A stretch of DNA of 64,000 nucleotides from Octopus vulgaris. Its lineage: Eukaryota. Both the position numbers and the translations under genes were made by a program. Positions 59,601 to 64,000 of this stretch are shown one piece after another; the stretch's first letter is position 1, and the number at the start of each line of letters is the position of its first letter. The notes below the pieces were generated by a model. It saw only the letters and a program-made list of their open reading frames with translations. It was not told the DNA's origin and did no database searches. The stretch spans positions 41,354,001 through 41,418,000 of the forward strand of contig OX597820.1 in assembly GCA_951406725.2 (NCBI GenBank), read 5' to 3'.

Positions 59601-59782
59601 TACGGTGTAGCCGGTGGACTTCACGGGTAAGGTTTAAAATTGTTTAATTAGATTTAAATACATCATCATATTTTTAAAATTCATTTATGAACCCATGAAC
59701 ACTTTTTGTTTGTGATGTCCTATATTGTCTTCCCTATTTCCGATAAATATTATAATATATATAATATCAAATATTATAATAT

Positions 59783-60015
59783 ATCTCTAGTAGACGAGGT
59801 GTCCAGTACTGAGGAGTGGCAGACGCAGCCCGAAAGCAGGATTGGTATGCTGGTCCCGTTGCTAGAAGCTTGTAGGGGTTCGCTCCTCTGCTCGCAATTT
59901 TATCGATGCAACTGTACATCGTTAACCAGCTAGAGGCGATGTCTTCTTGGGGTTAAAAAATCGCAGTAGAGTCCGCTCGAACGGACAGGCATGTTAAGGT
60001 GGCTACGATTATTAC
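59783..60015 (+). mobile_element. Retrozyme-like tandem repeat: remainder of unit 2 after the LINE insertion
   Basis: Colinear with ~57254-57479 (roughly 75-80% identity by eye). Ends in a (CA)n tract. Confidence 0.75.
59786..59866 (+). ncRNA. Type I hammerhead ribozyme (near-intact)
   Basis: Stem I ccagta/tgctgg, extended by gacg/cgtt and tctagt/gctaga. Core CTGAGGA 59809-59815. Stem II g(t)ggc/gccc. GAAA 59832-59835. Stem III has one G-G mismatch. Cleavage triplet GTA 59845-59847. Confidence 0.75.
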
Positions 60016-60079
<64 letters not shown>

Positions 60080-61760
60080 CATTGTCCTTTCACACGCACC
60101 TACAAAAAAAATAATAATAAGCTGGTTTGTGCTTAGTCAAAACGAGTTGCAAGAACATAGGTGATCTATCAACTTTCAACAGAATTAAATCTAATGTCAA
60201 TTTTGTAGAGATTTGAACGAAGCCCAGTAACCATTTTCTAACAGCACAAAATAGATATTGCTTAACAACCCACCGGGTTATCGGGACTTTGTCAATGTAA
60301 GGCCCGAGTGGGAGAAGCGGTAGTAAGCTGCAGGGGGTATACAACTGTCTTCTCTAAGGAAGCATTCCACAGTTGCTTACACTGGAAAACTATAATTCTT
60401 GTGAGTTAGACAGAGTTGGCGACAGTAGAGCCACTAAAAACTGCATATTTGTTATTCTTAATAGCGTAGTCACAGGTCACAGATGCTAAGGTAATACTAC
60501 CGGTACACACGGTAACTGGTGTATTAGTCGACCTCTAAACATTTCACTAAAAGTGCTAAATTTATGCTACACTCACCATATAAAACCAAACCAAAACAAA
60601 ACATGTGTCCTACATATTGTTAAGAACGATTTACTGACTACAACTACTTTCATATAAGGGGGGTGGTATTTTATAATTTCTTTTTATAAAACTTGAACGA
60701 TGCTTTCCCCCCAAATTAATACTATTGATAATATTGTTTATCATGTTTATACCATTTTTCGTGAGCAACTAGAAGTAGAAGCCATATGTCTCTCAAATTA
60801 CACACAGCCTGAAGTCACCTAAAATTATTGGAGAATGTAACCATTGATATACAACATGGTAGCATGCTCATGACCGGATTACCATTGGTTATAGGATTGC
60901 TCACTCAGGTTAGCTTATTGATCAGGTATTAAACAAGGCAAAGAGTAGAAAACATTTCTTATACATACATATTTGTAGACAAATTATAAAGCATATCAAT
61001 ATATGGATATGTGATGGACGATTTCTTGATTATATTTTCTGCCGCTGAATTTAAACAGCCAGATCTCTTTAAAATCATACACTAACGCCTTTAAAAAGAT
61101 ATGTTAAATGTTTTCGAGTTGGATATGCGAAACTATGGGTTGGTCACGGCTAGAACATCATCAAGTTTAATCAGTGTTGTAGTAGTACCCAATCAACAAC
61201 AATAGGTTAGTATTTTAAATCTGGCGTAAAAAAGAATATGCCATTTATCATTGTATATTGCTTTAGATATCGTCTTATTTACCGACAAATACGTTAAACA
61301 ATTTTAAGAGAATAACACAGCACTCGTGTGGGGATACGAACTGTCTATACTTCAGCCAACATTCGACACTATGTCGACTCGGTCATCTGAGAAACTCTTA
61401 ATGAAATAAGAAAACATAATGAAAACAAGAACGTGTTCATATTCAAAGAATAATGCTTTTATTTCCCTCTTTTTAACTGTCATCTAATTTAGTTCGATTT
61501 ATTGACACCAGATCAATATCAGGTATATATTTACATCCGTTTTGATATAAAGAATATATATGTATATTAATATATATATGCGTGTGTGTGTGTGTGAGTA
61601 TGTGTGTGTGTATGTGTGTTTAAGTGTGTGTCTGCATGCATATACATGTATGTGTAAGTGTATATATACATATGTATATACATTATATACATATACATTC
61701 ATATATATTTGCATATACACATAAATACATTTTTATACACACATATATAAATATACATTC

Positions 61761-61812
<52 letters not shown>

Positions 61813-62398
61813 TTATACATATACAGATACATTTGTTTAGAATATATATATACATATGTTTACACACACACAGCCACACACATACACACACATACACAAA
61901 TATATAAATGGGGAAAATATAGACATCATTTCTTTAAGCTAGAGTGTGAAATACTTTCTTTTATTATTTTTTCAAATCAAATTAAAAGAGGATTGAATAA
62001 AAATTTGCTTAAAAGAAATTTTTAAAATTTACCAAAAATATTAATAAAAATAAAATATATCTTTCGTTTCAAAGCGAAGTTTTACAAATATAAATCTGTA
62101 TTAGACGACTATGTAAACATAAATATAAGGTGTGAAAATAAATTATTTACAGCACAATTGAAGAATGACATGGTGATTGAAAGTCCTAATTTTAGGATGA
62201 GAAAATAACAAAAATAGAAAATAAATCGATTGTTTGTTTAATGTTAGCAAGGGAAGAATTATATCCTACATAAATTTCTATATTTTCAAATATCGAAATC
62301 GAAGTGTGACTACATATTTGAATAGCGAGGTTGTTATTATTGCTTGTGTTATTTATTAAGTATGTTTTTATTTTCTGAGCAAAGGAAAATATAACGTG

Positions 62399-62431
<33 letters not shown>

Positions 62432-62442
62432 GTATATTTACA

Positions 62443-62485
<43 letters not shown>

Positions 62486-62849
62486 ACACACATATATACG
62501 TATACGTGTATATGCATATATACATGTACGTAGATAATGATATGGATATACACATATATATGTTCATTTATATGTACAGGTCTTTAAAATGTTTATATAT
62601 ATGTATAAATATATATACTTATATATGTGCATATATACAGACAGACACATACAAACACACACTATAGTGTATATATATATATTTATATATTATGTGTATG
62701 TATCTGTATGTGTGTTTGCGTGTGAGTACGTACAAGGTTGCAAACTTACTAGAAATATATATCCCTACCTCATGTATTGATTAATATTTCTCTCTTTTGC
62801 TAAATAATAACACACACGCATATATTTATGTATATACTTTAGGTTTCTT

Positions 62850-63320
62850 GTTTCCGATCTCCGGACGGACTGTACCATTTGACTGTTTAACGGTATATCA
62901 TAAAAAGCGCTTATAACCTAAAGGAAATAAAATGTACAGTTTAAATGCTTGCCTTTATTTGAAAAATAGCGAGTTTCCGGTTAGGATATGGATCATAAGT
63001 TTATTTAAAAGGATATATAATATCAACAAAAAGTGATTGAATTACCTACTAATATCCCACCACACAATAAGAGTATACCAGATTTAGATGGGTTATCTGA
63101 GAATGAATTCAAGACTAGTTTCTACCAATATTTTCATTCATTCTTGAACCAGATAAAATATTTACAAACCTCTAGAAGTACAACTGGTTTTTAAAAGACA
63201 CAATCCAACATCATTTAAAATCCAATAGCCTAAACTTGAACATACTTTCCCATAACAATATGATAACTGCTTTTGTTGGGATTTATGTTGTCAATTATTA
63301 CTCCGTAAAACGTTATTCAA
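62850..63320 (+). mobile_element. Penelope-like GIY-YIG endonuclease relic
   Basis: GLSENEFKTSFYQYFHSF near 63090-63145 resembles the YIG.....FK.R...H..SF block of Penelope GIY-YIG domains. Confidence 0.5.
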
Positions 63321-63929
63321 TTTATTTCTAGACATTTACAGCTTAACCGACATTTAAGATTGTTGTAGACAAGCTTGAAAATACTTTAAAACTATGTATC
63401 CCCGAACGCATGACTTCAGAATTCTGAACATTAACAACTATATGGATCTTATCACTATGTTCTTTAAAAAAGTTGATTTATGGTTTTAAGGATGTTTCAA
63501 ATTTTTTGATAGTTTTCTTACACAATTAAAGTTTTTTTTCACACACCAATTTTTGTCTATATTTTCGCAAATATATAGGCGTATCTCATTCCTTTTTATA
63601 TTTTTCACATATATATCTACATTGTTTGGCATAACCTTATCTTATCTCCTGTAACTGCCATTTGAATTTTTTACACACATGCATTAGTAACATTTTATAT
63701 ATATTTTTATTTTATATTACTTATTATTTCTTGCATTTTCCCACGCACACGTTTTTCATAACATTTTATGTTTGTTCATATAAATATTTATGTCGTTTTT
63801 ATAACATCATCTCTCTTCTAACAGGTAACCCTTTCCCTATTTTTTGAAATGATGATTAAATTATCAATCAATAGGATCCTTCTGTTTCATTTTATCCATT
63901 CCGCACTTATTATGGTATTTAAACACATC

Positions 63930-63977
<48 letters not shown>

Positions 63978-64000
63978 GAGGAAGTTTATTCTTGCTAAGC

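Larger units (their letters stand above)
57620..59782 (+). mobile_element. Tx1/L1-clade non-LTR retrotransposon, decayed, ORF2 internally deleted
   Basis: T-rich 5' UTR; frameshifted ORF1 from 57872 with CCHC knuckle CFKCGEKGHVRLDC (58579-58620). RT N-terminal piece WRPITLLNVELKILAKVLAKRLARVAEKLVERAQT*VIPGRSIQ/NLHLVRY (59066-59274) is joined directly to a C-terminal EKRRLSRSVYEKRW...* (to 59385). AT-rich tail. Imperfect 13-bp TSD: atcgctagcagac 57607-57619 / atctctagtagac 59783-59795. Confidence 0.85.

Noticed and set aside
57254-60015. LTR retrotransposon (direct repeats flanking gag-like and RT sequence)
   Set aside because: The repeats lack TG...CA ends, PBS and PPT. The RT motifs are LINE-type. 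A further partial repeat start at 57591 shows a tandem array interrupted by a LINE.

Overview
AT-rich, microsatellite-saturated animal DNA. The SINE families and repeat landscape point to an octopus (coleoid cephalopod) genome; this is an inference. The window appears to lie inside a very large minus-strand NOL4/NOL4L-like gene, of which only one confident coding exon is present (39260-38787, 474 nt, phase 0/0). The rest is intronic repeat: tRNA-derived SINEs, two mariner relics, a hAT MITE with an 8-bp TSD, a ~460-bp foldback, and LINE and Penelope relics. The most notable structure is at 57.2-60.0 kb. It is a ~353-bp tandem unit carrying a type I hammerhead ribozyme (non-LTR retrozyme-like). 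Its second copy is split at the ribozyme stem I by an internally deleted Tx1-like LINE, and that LINE's 3' UTR holds a Penelope-like fragment with a minimal hammerhead. Almost all ORFs in the track are microsatellite artefacts. Family assignments come from motif recognition by eye, with no database search.
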